Below, piece by piece: positions 27,601 to 36,234 of a stretch of DNA of 64,000 bases. How positions within the stretch are numbered: the first letter of the stretch is position 1; each line of letters opens with the position of its first letter. Origin of the DNA: Phormidesmis sp. Its GTDB lineage: Bacteria > Cyanobacteriota > Cyanobacteriia > Leptolyngbyales > Leptolyngbyaceae. A program made the position numbers and the translations under genes. The notes under the pieces are model-generated. The model was not told the DNA's origin. It made no database searches and saw only the letters and a list, made by a program, of their open reading frames with translations. The DNA lies in NCBI GenBank assembly GCA_965248535.1, contig CBDFJR010000002.1, forward strand, positions 512,001-576,000, read 5' to 3'.

Positions 27601-28885
27601 CGCTTGTCAGATGGTGCTGACGCAGCTTCGGGGCGTAGTCGGTCAGATCAATCAACGTCTGAGCGCGATCGCAAATTATTTGGCAGAGGTCCGCCATGAT
27701 GTCGCAGTAGCGCGGGCTTTACTCGCTGAAGAACAACTGCGAATTGACGGCATTAATCAACGTCGCGATGCCATCTTGCAGCAATATGTGACGTTTTTGG
27801 TGTTTCATCGGCTGCGATTTACTCAAGTCATTCTCGATGCGCCGACTCGTCCGCTTGATCCGGGCATCACATCTTCACCGATTCCGGTCTGCCTGAATCG
27901 TGAGATTGCGGTTCCGGCGGCGCTGCGATCGCTGACCGAGACCTTGCGAGATGCGCCTGTGAAGTGGTTTACTCACATTCCTCGTTTGATTGATCGGCTC
28001 GATCGCTTTGAGACGATTTTTGCCACCCTGCAAGGAGCCAAGCAGCGCGCTATTCGGTCTTATTCGGCTGACATGGTGAATGTCACTTCGACGGCAACTC
28101 AGCTAGGGCAGCGCATTCAGCAGACGGTGACGACTCAGCGCACCTCTATGGCGGCGGCGCGATCGCAAGTGGCTCAACTCAATCTCAGTCTCTATTCGGG
28201 GCTAACCTGGACTCAACTGCGAGACCAATCAACGGCTGTTCTTTCTCTCGGAGACTTGATCGATGGCGGTCACGGACGTAGCGATGTGTCTCAGCGCGCC
28301 GCCCAAGAACTGGATCAAATTGCTCACGTTGCGGCTTGTTTATATGCCAATTTTGGCGACGTGTTGCCCGTGATTCGCTTAGAGTGGGCGGAGCGTCTGA
28401 GCCAATATGATGCCCCCGTCAACCTGCGAAATCTAGCGAGTTTACCTCGTTGGGGCGAGATTGCTCTGTTAGATCGCCGCGAAATTCAAACAATAGTGGA
28501 TTGGCTTTATCAACAGATTGACGCACTTCAGCCTGATGCTGTGGCGTTGATCAGCGATCTCGTGCGGGTCTGCATTTTGTTGGCGAGTCATGCACCTGTG
28601 AATCAAATTATTGCGGGTCGGTTGAGCAAACCGACGATCGTCAATTTGGGCAGCCGAGTCGAACTCGCGATCGACGCTGCAACGGTGAGAGTTGGGATGC
28701 AAGTGTTGCTCTATTCAGCGCTGAATCGCGTGGTGGCTCAGGGTGTGGTCGAAGATTTAGCATCGGGTCAAGCATCGGCTCGAATTGTTCATGCCTACGA
28801 GACGAATGTGCAGTTAGCAGCAGATTCGCGAGTGCAGTTTGCCGAAATTGGTGCATTTAACAAGACTCTGATTGCCCGATCGTGA
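24668..28885 (+). CDS. Large CIS fibre/crown-like protein 3 with inserted Trp-rich beta domain and coiled coil
   Basis: RRLNLYSGRALSDRALITEQ...PGVITGLEV...IAAGTGVTAMGEDV; 1405 aa; TAATG coupling to the previous gene. Confidence 0.7.
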   Translation: MDVNPIKKSLNGEHIVDVSPPMQPDANLGWQRRLNLYSGRALSDRALITEQQGRSGILATRGQLLSPGVITGLEVDLEQPDSTHYQIAAGTGVTAMGEDVLIPRTLRVAAQDLRVYAAAAILDGATPAPTPTPTGILTPRKLGKTLGELITNGIAATLPRVGILVLQPIVAELVGRNDPKDSCETDPQNDAFEDWQIVDGCRLVLYPWASEWLALPEAGDLTPPTALGRWRNRLAYTIFSAEKANTPDQLLPWEQVGVPIALVGFDAAWKPLFSDRYSVVRAGGLPKRRHPLVANAGSPFLWQARVQQFAEQLSELDLATVSISQVADQFLSLPPVGILPTSAIEVRSSNPSLGQNHFFPSSYQIQAAPVPLEQLDAVLESSASLVPFDVSKPDQVQVLVPVPQAWYEPDLLKTEAVDSEFQRTIDQMVIRRSQWLNRRTIVRSRNTLIAQAITGTAPDYADPDRLEDELAQPPTPFTSTRAHQSNLASGLHQHFFDGATAGLVVATGDRLTTYIYLDPDHPPREIMVQWNVGGSWEHRAYWGENLLNLGIAGTASRQFLGTLPAIASWVRLEVPASLVGLENTTVTGLSFTLYDGRAAWGHTGKSAIGALPANDTVWVGDTLPAGATPRTNNDAWTWIQDAELLTPFEEDFATAVANNVRGVTPLQTLNSQLAAQLPAEASQLTTLGLERFIALLDTKVKQANDRIDFHFLRVQTDIYRIRQFVLGTAQAARLATSPTLAAIAEGGQSARVTQEQLNTFFTRAKSTASVPVGATSPSFTILAAENVQFAAAPRKAALVEPLFTQTAFTNFSDVGFAKTSAFELKQTQNTQTRIGVINEQTADNTELFASKQVFQPSAVDVLEQSPLVGAASRTVTVAERLQASASVEARNFTLSSRADTIESLADLGVDLGEVSIPGTTSKFKDVNAALLKQIRLGDTLTSTDESAQFSDGVKVLDNTVAALRLAEGRVQDYRTAIVACQMVLTQLRGVVGQINQRLSAIANYLAEVRHDVAVARALLAEEQLRIDGINQRRDAILQQYVTFLVFHRLRFTQVILDAPTRPLDPGITSSPIPVCLNREIAVPAALRSLTETLRDAPVKWFTHIPRLIDRLDRFETIFATLQGAKQRAIRSYSADMVNVTSTATQLGQRIQQTVTTQRTSMAAARSQVAQLNLSLYSGLTWTQLRDQSTAVLSLGDLIDGGHGRSDVSQRAAQELDQIAHVAACLYANFGDVLPVIRLEWAERLSQYDAPVNLRNLASLPRWGEIALLDRREIQTIVDWLYQQIDALQPDAVALISDLVRVCILLASHAPVNQIIAGRLSKPTIVNLGSRVELAIDAATVRVGMQVLLYSALNRVVAQGVVEDLASGQASARIVHAYETNVQLAADSRVQFAEIGAFNKTLIARS

Positions 28886-28913
28886 ACCCTAGATTCCAAA
28901 ACTACTCACTGCT

Positions 28914-30302
28914 ATGAAACGCCATGTTCACACGGTTCGTCTGCGATCGCATGATGAAGCCCTGATTCATCAAGGGGCTGTGTTGTTAGAAGATGCGCTG
29001 CACACGGCATCGTTGCCCGAAAGTGGGCGGCTGTTGGTGGTGCGATCGCTGAATGTTGGCAAGATTCACAGTCAGCACAGTTCGGCGACGTTGGCTCTTG
29101 TGGTAGAGCAACAATTGGCGCAGATTGGCATGATGGCAGTTCATGCTGAAGATCCGGTGGCAAAGGATGCGATCGCGGTCTATTTTCGAGATTCAATCGA
29201 GCCTTATCTTTGTCTGGCGGTGAGGTTAGCAAATCACCGCAGCACCGAGGAATGGTTTTGGCGGTTAGCGGTGGTGAACTGGCAGCCTCATTTGTCTAGA
29301 GAAGAAGGATTGCGACGGGTGCTTTATGGGGTAATGCAGACGGCGATCGGGGTCGCTGCGATCGTGCCTTTAATGCAGGAGTTATTGGCTAAAAGTTCAA
29401 TCATGCCAATGCTTTTGGCGCTGACTGAGAAAGACGGATCTGCTTTATTGCAGGTCTGCGGATGGATACAATCAGAGACTCCAATTGGATTAATAAATCC
29501 ATTATCAATTTCATTCTTATCCAGAGATTGGATTGATTTACTTCAGCATTGGGTTGCGGTTTGGGGTGTTGAAGATGCCCGATCGCTTTGGTTGACTACT
29601 ATTGTTCTACTTGCAGAACAACCTGCGTTTAGGATCGATCCGCAGTTGATTGCCCGATCGCAGCAGATCATTCAACAAATTAGCGATTCTAGAAAGTTGT
29701 ATTTGTCTGATCAGTCAGTGTTAATGGAGAATCCAGCTACGATTATAAGAAGTTTTCCCTTAGTGTTAAACGAATCATACTTATCCAGCAATAGTTTATC
29801 ACTTCAGAATTCTTCTTTAGATCCTCATCGATTTATAGATACTCCTCAATTAACGGTATTTGCCGGATTATTTTTCCTGTTACCTTTAATGACTTACTTA
29901 AAAATCGAATCCTTTTTAGAATCGAATCCTCATTTAATTGAGTTTGATTTACCTGGAATGTTGCTCTATACGATCGCTCAACGATTAGATATTCCTGAAA
30001 CCGATCCCGTTTGGGAGGCATTGCCTGAACCTTCAAACGATTTCATAGACTCCACTTTGCTTCGCTCTTGGCTCAACTCAATGCGGCGCTGGTGCCGTCT
30101 CAATGCCGAAATGGGACTACACAATTTAGTGACTCGATCGGGGCAGATTTTAATCACCCGCACCCACCTTGATATCTGGTTTAACCCGCAGCAAGCCGAC
30201 CTGCGGATTCGTCGCATCGGACTAGATCTCAATCCGGGTTGGGTGCCCTGGTTTGGACGAGTCGTTGCCTTTCACTACACAGGAGCCGGGTATGGAAATT
30301 GA
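28914..30302 (+). CDS. Tape-measure-like protein (Afp14-like)
   Basis: FAGLFFLLP and R.G.I....THLD..F....DL.IRR.GLD.NPGWVPW C-terminal motifs; lies immediately before the ATPase. Confidence 0.6.
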   Translation: MKRHVHTVRLRSHDEALIHQGAVLLEDALHTASLPESGRLLVVRSLNVGKIHSQHSSATLALVVEQQLAQIGMMAVHAEDPVAKDAIAVYFRDSIEPYLCLAVRLANHRSTEEWFWRLAVVNWQPHLSREEGLRRVLYGVMQTAIGVAAIVPLMQELLAKSSIMPMLLALTEKDGSALLQVCGWIQSETPIGLINPLSISFLSRDWIDLLQHWVAVWGVEDARSLWLTTIVLLAEQPAFRIDPQLIARSQQIIQQISDSRKLYLSDQSVLMENPATIIRSFPLVLNESYLSSNSLSLQNSSLDPHRFIDTPQLTVFAGLFFLLPLMTYLKIESFLESNPHLIEFDLPGMLLYTIAQRLDIPETDPVWEALPEPSNDFIDSTLLRSWLNSMRRWCRLNAEMGLHNLVTRSGQILITRTHLDIWFNPQQADLRIRRIGLDLNPGWVPWFGRVVAFHYTGAGYGN

Positions 30303-32299
30303 GAACTTAGGGAATCGTCCGATCGTGACTCTTCACACCGTTGCGTTTGCCGCGATCGCCGCCACGCTAGACCCGTCGCTTCTCGTCAATCCAACGGTTT
30401 CTGAGTTAGAACACTTACGTCACTATCAAGCGATTGTGACGGCTAATCATGCTAATTGGATCGATGCCCTCAAAAACTATCTTCGCCACCCTGCCGTTTG
30501 CGATTATTCCCTGTTGCAATTAGCAAAACCACTGTCCTTGTCAATCATTGAAGTATTAGCAATTTCACTATCAATAGCGGTTGAGCAAGACACGATCGCA
30601 GGTCGAATTTTAGCTTATCTACAAGCTCCTCTAGGTGGTTCGCGTCCTACTTTAGGGTTACTCTCTTTAGCATTCTCGCCGCTATCAGGCAGCGTTTCTG
30701 TGATCGATCGCTTCATGATGGGCAACGCGATCGCCAGCGGATTGCTGCAACTCCTCAACGAATCGGCACCGCTCCCAGAGCAGTCTATCAAAGTGCCTCT
30801 GCACATCGGTTTGGCGCTGCGAGGCCACGATCGCTCCCTTCCAGACCTGACGATCGGGCTAGATGATTACGCTGTTCCGTTAGCCGCTTCGATGCTGATT
30901 GAGGCGCAGCGCTGGGCTACCAGTCTTCAGTCGGGCACTCAGCGAGTTTTAGTCTTACGCACCGGGTCACAGATCGAAGGAAAATCAGTCGCCCACACGA
31001 TCGCTACAATTCTTCAGCGTCGCCCCCTGTTCATTGCGACGAATCAACCCGATCAAACCGTCAATCTCGCCCCGTGGCTGTTGCTCAGACAGTTGCTCCC
31101 GGTTTTTTGCTATGACCTCGCCCCCGGAGAACGCAAGAGTTTGCCGCCCATGCCGTTTTATCGCGGCCCTATTCTCGTCGTCTGCGGCATTGATGGCAGC
31201 GTCGAAGCCTTGGGCGAAACCGTGCTCAACTGGGTGGTTCCCGTCCCCAATGTTGAAGAACGACAGCAGCTTTGGCACCTGGCGATCGCTGACGAAACTC
31301 TAGCAGCAGAGTTAGCGCAACAACATCGCCACAGCAGCGGCCGCATTGCCCAACTAGGTCGATTAACGCAGCACCATCAAATTCTCCAACAGCAAGACAA
31401 ACCCCAACGAGAACACGTTATCGCCGCCGCCTGGACAAGCGAAGGAATCGGACTCGGTGCCCTAGCTCAACCTCTAACCGATGCTATTCCCGATGATGCG
31501 CTGGTGATGACTCCGGCTCTGCGCGACGAACTTCAGATGCTCTTTTTGCGCTGTCGTCACCGCGATCGCCTCGTCACCGGACTCGGACTCTCAGCCACCG
31601 TGCGCTATCATCCCGGTGTGCGATCGCTGTTTGTGGGCCCATCGGGCACGGGCAAAACTCTGGCGGCAGGCTGGTTAGCCACAAAATTAGGAATGCCGCT
31701 CTATCGCGTCGATCTCGCCTCGATCACCAGCAAATATATTGGTGAAACCGAAAAGAATTTATCACAGTTACTCTCGCGAGCCGAACAAGCCGAAGTCGTC
31801 TTATTATTTGATGAAGCCGACTCACTGTTTGGCAAACGCACTGATGTACAGCAAGCCAACGATCGCTTCGCCAATGCTCAAACTAACTATCTGCTCCAGC
31901 GCATTGAGTCGTTTGACGGCATCACTCTGCTCACCAGCAACAGCCGCAGTCGCTTTGATTCTGCCTTTTCTCGCCGACTGGATATGATCATTGAGTTTCC
32001 GCTACCCCAAGCCGAAGAGCGGCGATCGCTGTGGCAATCTCATCTTAGGCGAGAGTCATCAACTTACGCAATCGCAGTTAAATCAGCTTGCAGCCGCCGT
32101 TGACCTCAGTGGTGGCAACATTCGCAACGCGGTGCTGGCAGCCGCCGTGGTCGCTCAGAGTCAATCTCGCGCCATCACCTTTGCCGATGTGGTGCAAGGA
32201 GTCGCTAGCGAATATCGCAAACTCGGACGACAACTCCCCGCAGAATTCATCGGCGATCTCTCCGAGTTACCCGCAAGGGGTCACGTCAGCATTCTCTAA
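30292..32299 (+). CDS. CIS AAA+ ATPase (Afp15/Pvc15-like), +1 frameshift near 32045
   Basis: [32 protein letters not shown] and DRFAN motifs. The C-terminal [11 protein letters not shown]...EYRKLGR is in the second ORF 31991-32299. Confidence 0.9.
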
Positions 32300-32313
32300 A
32301 CCCAGGAACCGCG

Positions 32314-34476
32314 ATGGAACCCACCCCAACTCAATCGCCCGAATCTGTTCAACAAAGTCAGCAACTAATTCCGGCTGACAATCAATTGGATGGGTTAGAC
32401 AACGAGCGCGGAGCAACCGCCGGAATGCCGTTGTATTTGCAGCGATCGGGCAATGCTCCCGTGCAGCGAGAAGATAGTTTGCCCCCAGTTCCCAATTTTC
32501 AGCTTACACCGCCCTCTCTGCTTACACCGCTCGATCCAACATCACGCTATAGCCTGGGTTTGAACTATCACCTCGATCCAGATCTGCCATTGACCCTTAA
32601 ACAAGATACTCAACAATTATTAGATCTCGCTATTCTCAGACCTCAATTAGAACAGATTGATCTCGGAACGACGCTACCAACCTTTCTCCCCAAGCGTCCC
32701 GTCACGCCAGAAAAGTCTGCTGCGGTGCCTTCAGAGCAGCCACCAACGACTCCCCGATCGGCAGATGCGGGCGACCTCCTCAAAGCGGTTGTGGTCAAAC
32801 TTGACCCTACTCTAACGACGTTAAAAACCCGTGTCGGCGATCGGGCCGAGTCAGACTGGCGACACCTCAATCGCGGCGAAAAAGTGGGAGTAGTCAGCGC
32901 CTTTACCGTCATTGGTGGCGGAGCGCTGGCGGGCATTATCTCCGACCCCGAAGCGCGACGACTTTCCCTCGGTCTACTCGATGGCAAAGTCCTGCCAGTG
33001 CCCAAACTAGACTGGCTCAATCTGGAGATCAACACCAAAGGCAACAATTTGATGCTGGGGCTGCACCTCGATGTCGGGCAACTGTTGCCATCGGTTTTAG
33101 GGTTCCGCGCCTCGTCACCCAAAGCGATCGGGGTGCCGCAGTCAGCACCCGTTCCCAGTCAGCGCACGATTCAGCGCAGTGCCCAGTCTACAACCGAGAG
33201 CACTGATGGCTCGATCGGGCAGCGCATTCAATCCGCATCGGGGAGCGGAGATTCTTTAGACTCAGGCATTCAGCAGCATTTAGAACAAAACTTAGGAGCC
33301 GATCTGTCAAAGGTGCAGATTCACAACAACCGAGAAGCCGATCAGTTGTCACGATCGGTGAATGCGATCGCGTTTACCACCGGGCAAGATATTTTCTTTA
33401 GTGCGGGCAGTTATGACCCCCGATCGTCCCAGGGTCAGCAGTTGATTGCCCATGAAGTCGTGCATACCGTGCAGCAAGCCAGCGGAGCCGTCGCAGGTGT
33501 TCCGACCGCAGAGGGTGTTGCGATTAGTGACCCGGCTGACGCATTTGAGCAAGAAGCCGATCGCGTGGCTCAACAGGTGATGACATCACCGCAACCCTCA
33601 AATCCGGTGAGGCAGTCCAGTTCATCTCATCTGTTTAGAAAACCACTGGCGCTCTTTCAGCCTGACGGCACCGAAAAAGATTGGTTTGCCGACGATATGA
33701 ATCGTTGGGGAACAGACATCGGAAGACTGGCGACGACGACCAACACCTTTGTGAAAGCTGCCATTTTCAACACCAAGAATAACAACCCTGAAGAGTATGT
33801 GACGATCGCCCAACGCAGTGCCTACTATGATGTCATCGATGCGTTAGCCGCCGAGGGAATTTTGCCCAAGAAGGTGAGATTTTTTGGAGCGGCGGCCAAA
33901 GTCACCAATCGCAATAGTGTCGGCAGCATTGAGGGGGCGATCGGCTGGAGTCTTCATTCTAAAGAGGCGCTGCAAGTGCTTAAAGATGTCAACAAACTCC
34001 TGTTTGATTCCAACATCAAAATAATCAATCGTCTGATCAGTCAAGGTAAGCCGACCGATCCCAAAGATCCTACTTCAACCGCCGCGCTGTCACCCATGCA
34101 GTTTGACCTCAACATGGTGGATGTCGAACAGGGCATTGTCGAAACCTACCTCAAGGGCAAAACAGCGTCGCTGTCTGACGAAGCAATTAAAGATATTAAT
34201 GATGATCTCAACTTCAAAGGGTTGATTAGAACGTTGGGACAATACACCGTTGCCAGCACTCAGGCCCTAGACTGGGCAAAAGCCGCTCTCGGCAAAGACA
34301 CGCTGGATTTTATGCAAAAGGGCGATCGGGTCGCGATCGGCAAAGCTCTCGTCTTCTTTTTGCACGCCAACACCCTCGACGAATATAAGTCATTCGTCAA
34401 AAGCGGGACTACGCCAGTTGATCATTTAAAGGAAGATTATCGCAATGCCTTCTCAATGGGAATTGACCCCAAATAA
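32314..34476 (+). CDS. DUF4157 (eCIS core) cargo protein with unknown N- and C-terminal domains
   Basis: LGADLSKVQIH...A.AFTTGQDIFF..G.YDP.S..GQ.LIAHEVVHTVQQ...S.P.DAFEQEADRVA. Confidence 0.9.
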   Translation: MEPTPTQSPESVQQSQQLIPADNQLDGLDNERGATAGMPLYLQRSGNAPVQREDSLPPVPNFQLTPPSLLTPLDPTSRYSLGLNYHLDPDLPLTLKQDTQQLLDLAILRPQLEQIDLGTTLPTFLPKRPVTPEKSAAVPSEQPPTTPRSADAGDLLKAVVVKLDPTLTTLKTRVGDRAESDWRHLNRGEKVGVVSAFTVIGGGALAGIISDPEARRLSLGLLDGKVLPVPKLDWLNLEINTKGNNLMLGLHLDVGQLLPSVLGFRASSPKAIGVPQSAPVPSQRTIQRSAQSTTESTDGSIGQRIQSASGSGDSLDSGIQQHLEQNLGADLSKVQIHNNREADQLSRSVNAIAFTTGQDIFFSAGSYDPRSSQGQQLIAHEVVHTVQQASGAVAGVPTAEGVAISDPADAFEQEADRVAQQVMTSPQPSNPVRQSSSSHLFRKPLALFQPDGTEKDWFADDMNRWGTDIGRLATTTNTFVKAAIFNTKNNNPEEYVTIAQRSAYYDVIDALAAEGILPKKVRFFGAAAKVTNRNSVGSIEGAIGWSLHSKEALQVLKDVNKLLFDSNIKIINRLISQGKPTDPKDPTSTAALSPMQFDLNMVDVEQGIVETYLKGKTASLSDEAIKDINDDLNFKGLIRTLGQYTVASTQALDWAKAALGKDTLDFMQKGDRVAIGKALVFFLHANTLDEYKSFVKSGTTPVDHLKEDYRNAFSMGIDPK

Positions 34477-34491
34477 CCGATTAGAACTACT

Positions 34492-34632
34492 CAGTACGGG
34501 CATGGCATCGCCGCGCCCCTTGACCCTGCATAGTACGGGCATGGCATTGCCGCGCCCATTGACCCAGTACGGGCATGGCATCGCCGCGCCCATTGACCCA
34601 GTACGGGCATGGCATTGCCGTGCCCATTGACC
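34492..34632. repeat. Four tandem 34-bp REP-like palindromic units
   Basis: (c/t)agtacgggcatggcat(c/t)gccg(c/t)gccc(a/c)ttgacc at 34492, 34531, 34565 and 34599; each contains a GGGCATGGC/GCCGYGCCC hairpin. Confidence 0.9.
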
Positions 34633-34678
34633 TTGCAACTAACCAACATTATTAATAGACAATTCCTAGGAGCGCCCC

Positions 34679-35953
34679 ATGGTAGCCACATTTGAACCTA
34701 AAAAAGACGAGCAACTCACCGCCAAACCCGCGACACTGCCATCTACGATCGCGCCCACCCCATCAAGCGGCACTACGGGAATGCCTCTATTTCTGCAAGC
34801 CGCAAAACCTGTGCAACGCCAGAGTGCACCCGATCTCAAAGATGGGCCTGCCGACGAAGCCGCCAGAGTTCGTAAATTAAATGAAGATTACGCGATCGCT
34901 CTAGCCGCCAAAAACTGGTCACTCACCGCAGAACTGTTGAATGCGTTTAACGAGAGCGATATTCAGATCAAGCTCAGTTCATTGCTAAAAGGAACGATCG
35001 GGGCGATTTATCAAGGCGCGGTCAACAATCCCAAAGTTGGCAGCGAGTCGCAGGTTGCCAATCTGACTCGCGCCGTCTATCTCGATCTCAACTATGAAAA
35101 TGCCATCAAAACCGGAGCTTGGGGCGATGCAGCCACCCACCTAAACGGCTTTAACGATGTCGATATTACCCTGCGCGTTCAAAAACTGACGGCGATGCCC
35201 TTAGCCAATCTCTACGCGGCTGCCAAAACCAACGACAGAATCACACGACCCATCATCGCCAAAGGCTTTAGCCTAGTCGGAGATGACTTTAGAACGTTTC
35301 TTAAACAAGCGACGGCCTTGGGCATCTTTGCCGATATTTCTGGCAAGCTAACCGATCTTCAAACCAAGAGCATCACTAAAGAAGTGGTCATTCCCACCAC
35401 GTTGCTCAAACCTGCCACCAACACGATCGCCGATGATTTCAAACGCGCTAACGAACTCTATAACCCCGTTGGCATTGAGATTGAGCAGGGCAACCCCGTC
35501 GAAATCAGCGAAGAAACGACCAAACTGCTGCTAGGGGCTGATAAATCGCTGGATGAGTTCACAACCAACGATGCCACGGCCGAAGAGATTAAACTCGTCG
35601 AGCAAAATCGTCAAAAAGGGCGCATGACAGGCTATTGGGTGCCAGCGCTTACCACGTCGCGAGGCGAAACCCTTGGCAAGGGCTTATTAGGCAACTCAAA
35701 CTTTATGAAAAACCTGAAGGACGATCGCATCTCCGTCGTCATTAACACCTCTAGTCGTGTTCAAGACAGCTTTGCCCACGAAGTCGGCCACGCGCTAGGG
35801 TTAGACCATGCGGCAGATGTCAACAATCTGATGGCGAAGGGCGAAAATCGCAACATTACGGGCGCTGGCATTGACCAATTGACCAATGCTCAACTAGCGA
35901 TTATTCGCGCTAATGCTCTGATTGAGCTAGGCAAAGCCGGGCTAGGAAAGTGA
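34679..35953 (+). CDS. Probable CIS cargo with C-terminal metzincin zinc metallopeptidase
   Basis: FAHEVGHALGLDH (HExxHxxGxxH) followed by an NNLM Met-turn; shares its N-terminal leader motif with the DUF4157 protein. Confidence 0.8.
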   Translation: MVATFEPKKDEQLTAKPATLPSTIAPTPSSGTTGMPLFLQAAKPVQRQSAPDLKDGPADEAARVRKLNEDYAIALAAKNWSLTAELLNAFNESDIQIKLSSLLKGTIGAIYQGAVNNPKVGSESQVANLTRAVYLDLNYENAIKTGAWGDAATHLNGFNDVDITLRVQKLTAMPLANLYAAAKTNDRITRPIIAKGFSLVGDDFRTFLKQATALGIFADISGKLTDLQTKSITKEVVIPTTLLKPATNTIADDFKRANELYNPVGIEIEQGNPVEISEETTKLLLGADKSLDEFTTNDATAEEIKLVEQNRQKGRMTGYWVPALTTSRGETLGKGLLGNSNFMKNLKDDRISVVINTSSRVQDSFAHEVGHALGLDHAADVNNLMAKGENRNITGAGIDQLTNAQLAIIRANALIELGKAGLGK

Positions 35954-35973
35954 GCTTGAGTTCATCTAAACTA

Positions 35974-36234
35974 CTATTCCAAAAAGGTCTGATCGATGTA
36001 GCACCATTTCCAGTCTTCACCTGGCTCGATCGACTGCACGATCGGGTGATGAGTGGCATGAAAGTGTTGGGTAGCGTGTTTGTTTTTAGACGAATCACAG
36101 CAACCGACGTGCCCGCAAGTCAAACACTCGCGCAGATGAACCCAGGTATCCCCCATTGCCAGACAGTCTTCGCATCCCGTTGCGCTGGCTGTCACGGCTT
36201 TAATCTGGTCGAGATGGCTGCAAGGAGTGCTCAT
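35974..36234 (-). CDS. UBP-type zinc finger protein
   Basis: C.H...GCEDCL...WVHLRECLTCGHVGCCDSS..KHAT.HF..T.HP...S.EPGE.W.WCY. Confidence 0.92.
   Translation of the reverse strand: MSTPCSHLDQIKAVTASATGCEDCLAMGDTWVHLRECLTCGHVGCCDSSKNKHATQHFHATHHPIVQSIEPGEDWKWCYIDQTFLE

Larger units (their letters stand above)
5804..35953 (+). other. Contractile injection system (eCIS/CIS) gene cluster
   Basis: About 23 co-oriented, mostly overlapping or abutting genes with a complete contractile-tail set plus DUF4255, AAA+ ATPase and DUF4157. No capsid, portal, terminase or T6SS membrane complex. Confidence 0.95.

Noticed and set aside
34492..34632. CRISPR array
   Set aside because: Units abut with 0-5 nt between them, there are no unique spacers, and no cas genes occur in the window.
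5804..35953. Prophage or R-type tailocin
   Set aside because: No capsid, portal, terminase, integrase or holin/endolysin; DUF4255, AAA ATPase and DUF4157 point to a CIS.
5804..35953. Type VI secretion system
   Set aside because: No TssJLM, TssK, ClpV or Hcp/TssBC-type sequences; the sheath and tube are phage gp18/gp19-like.
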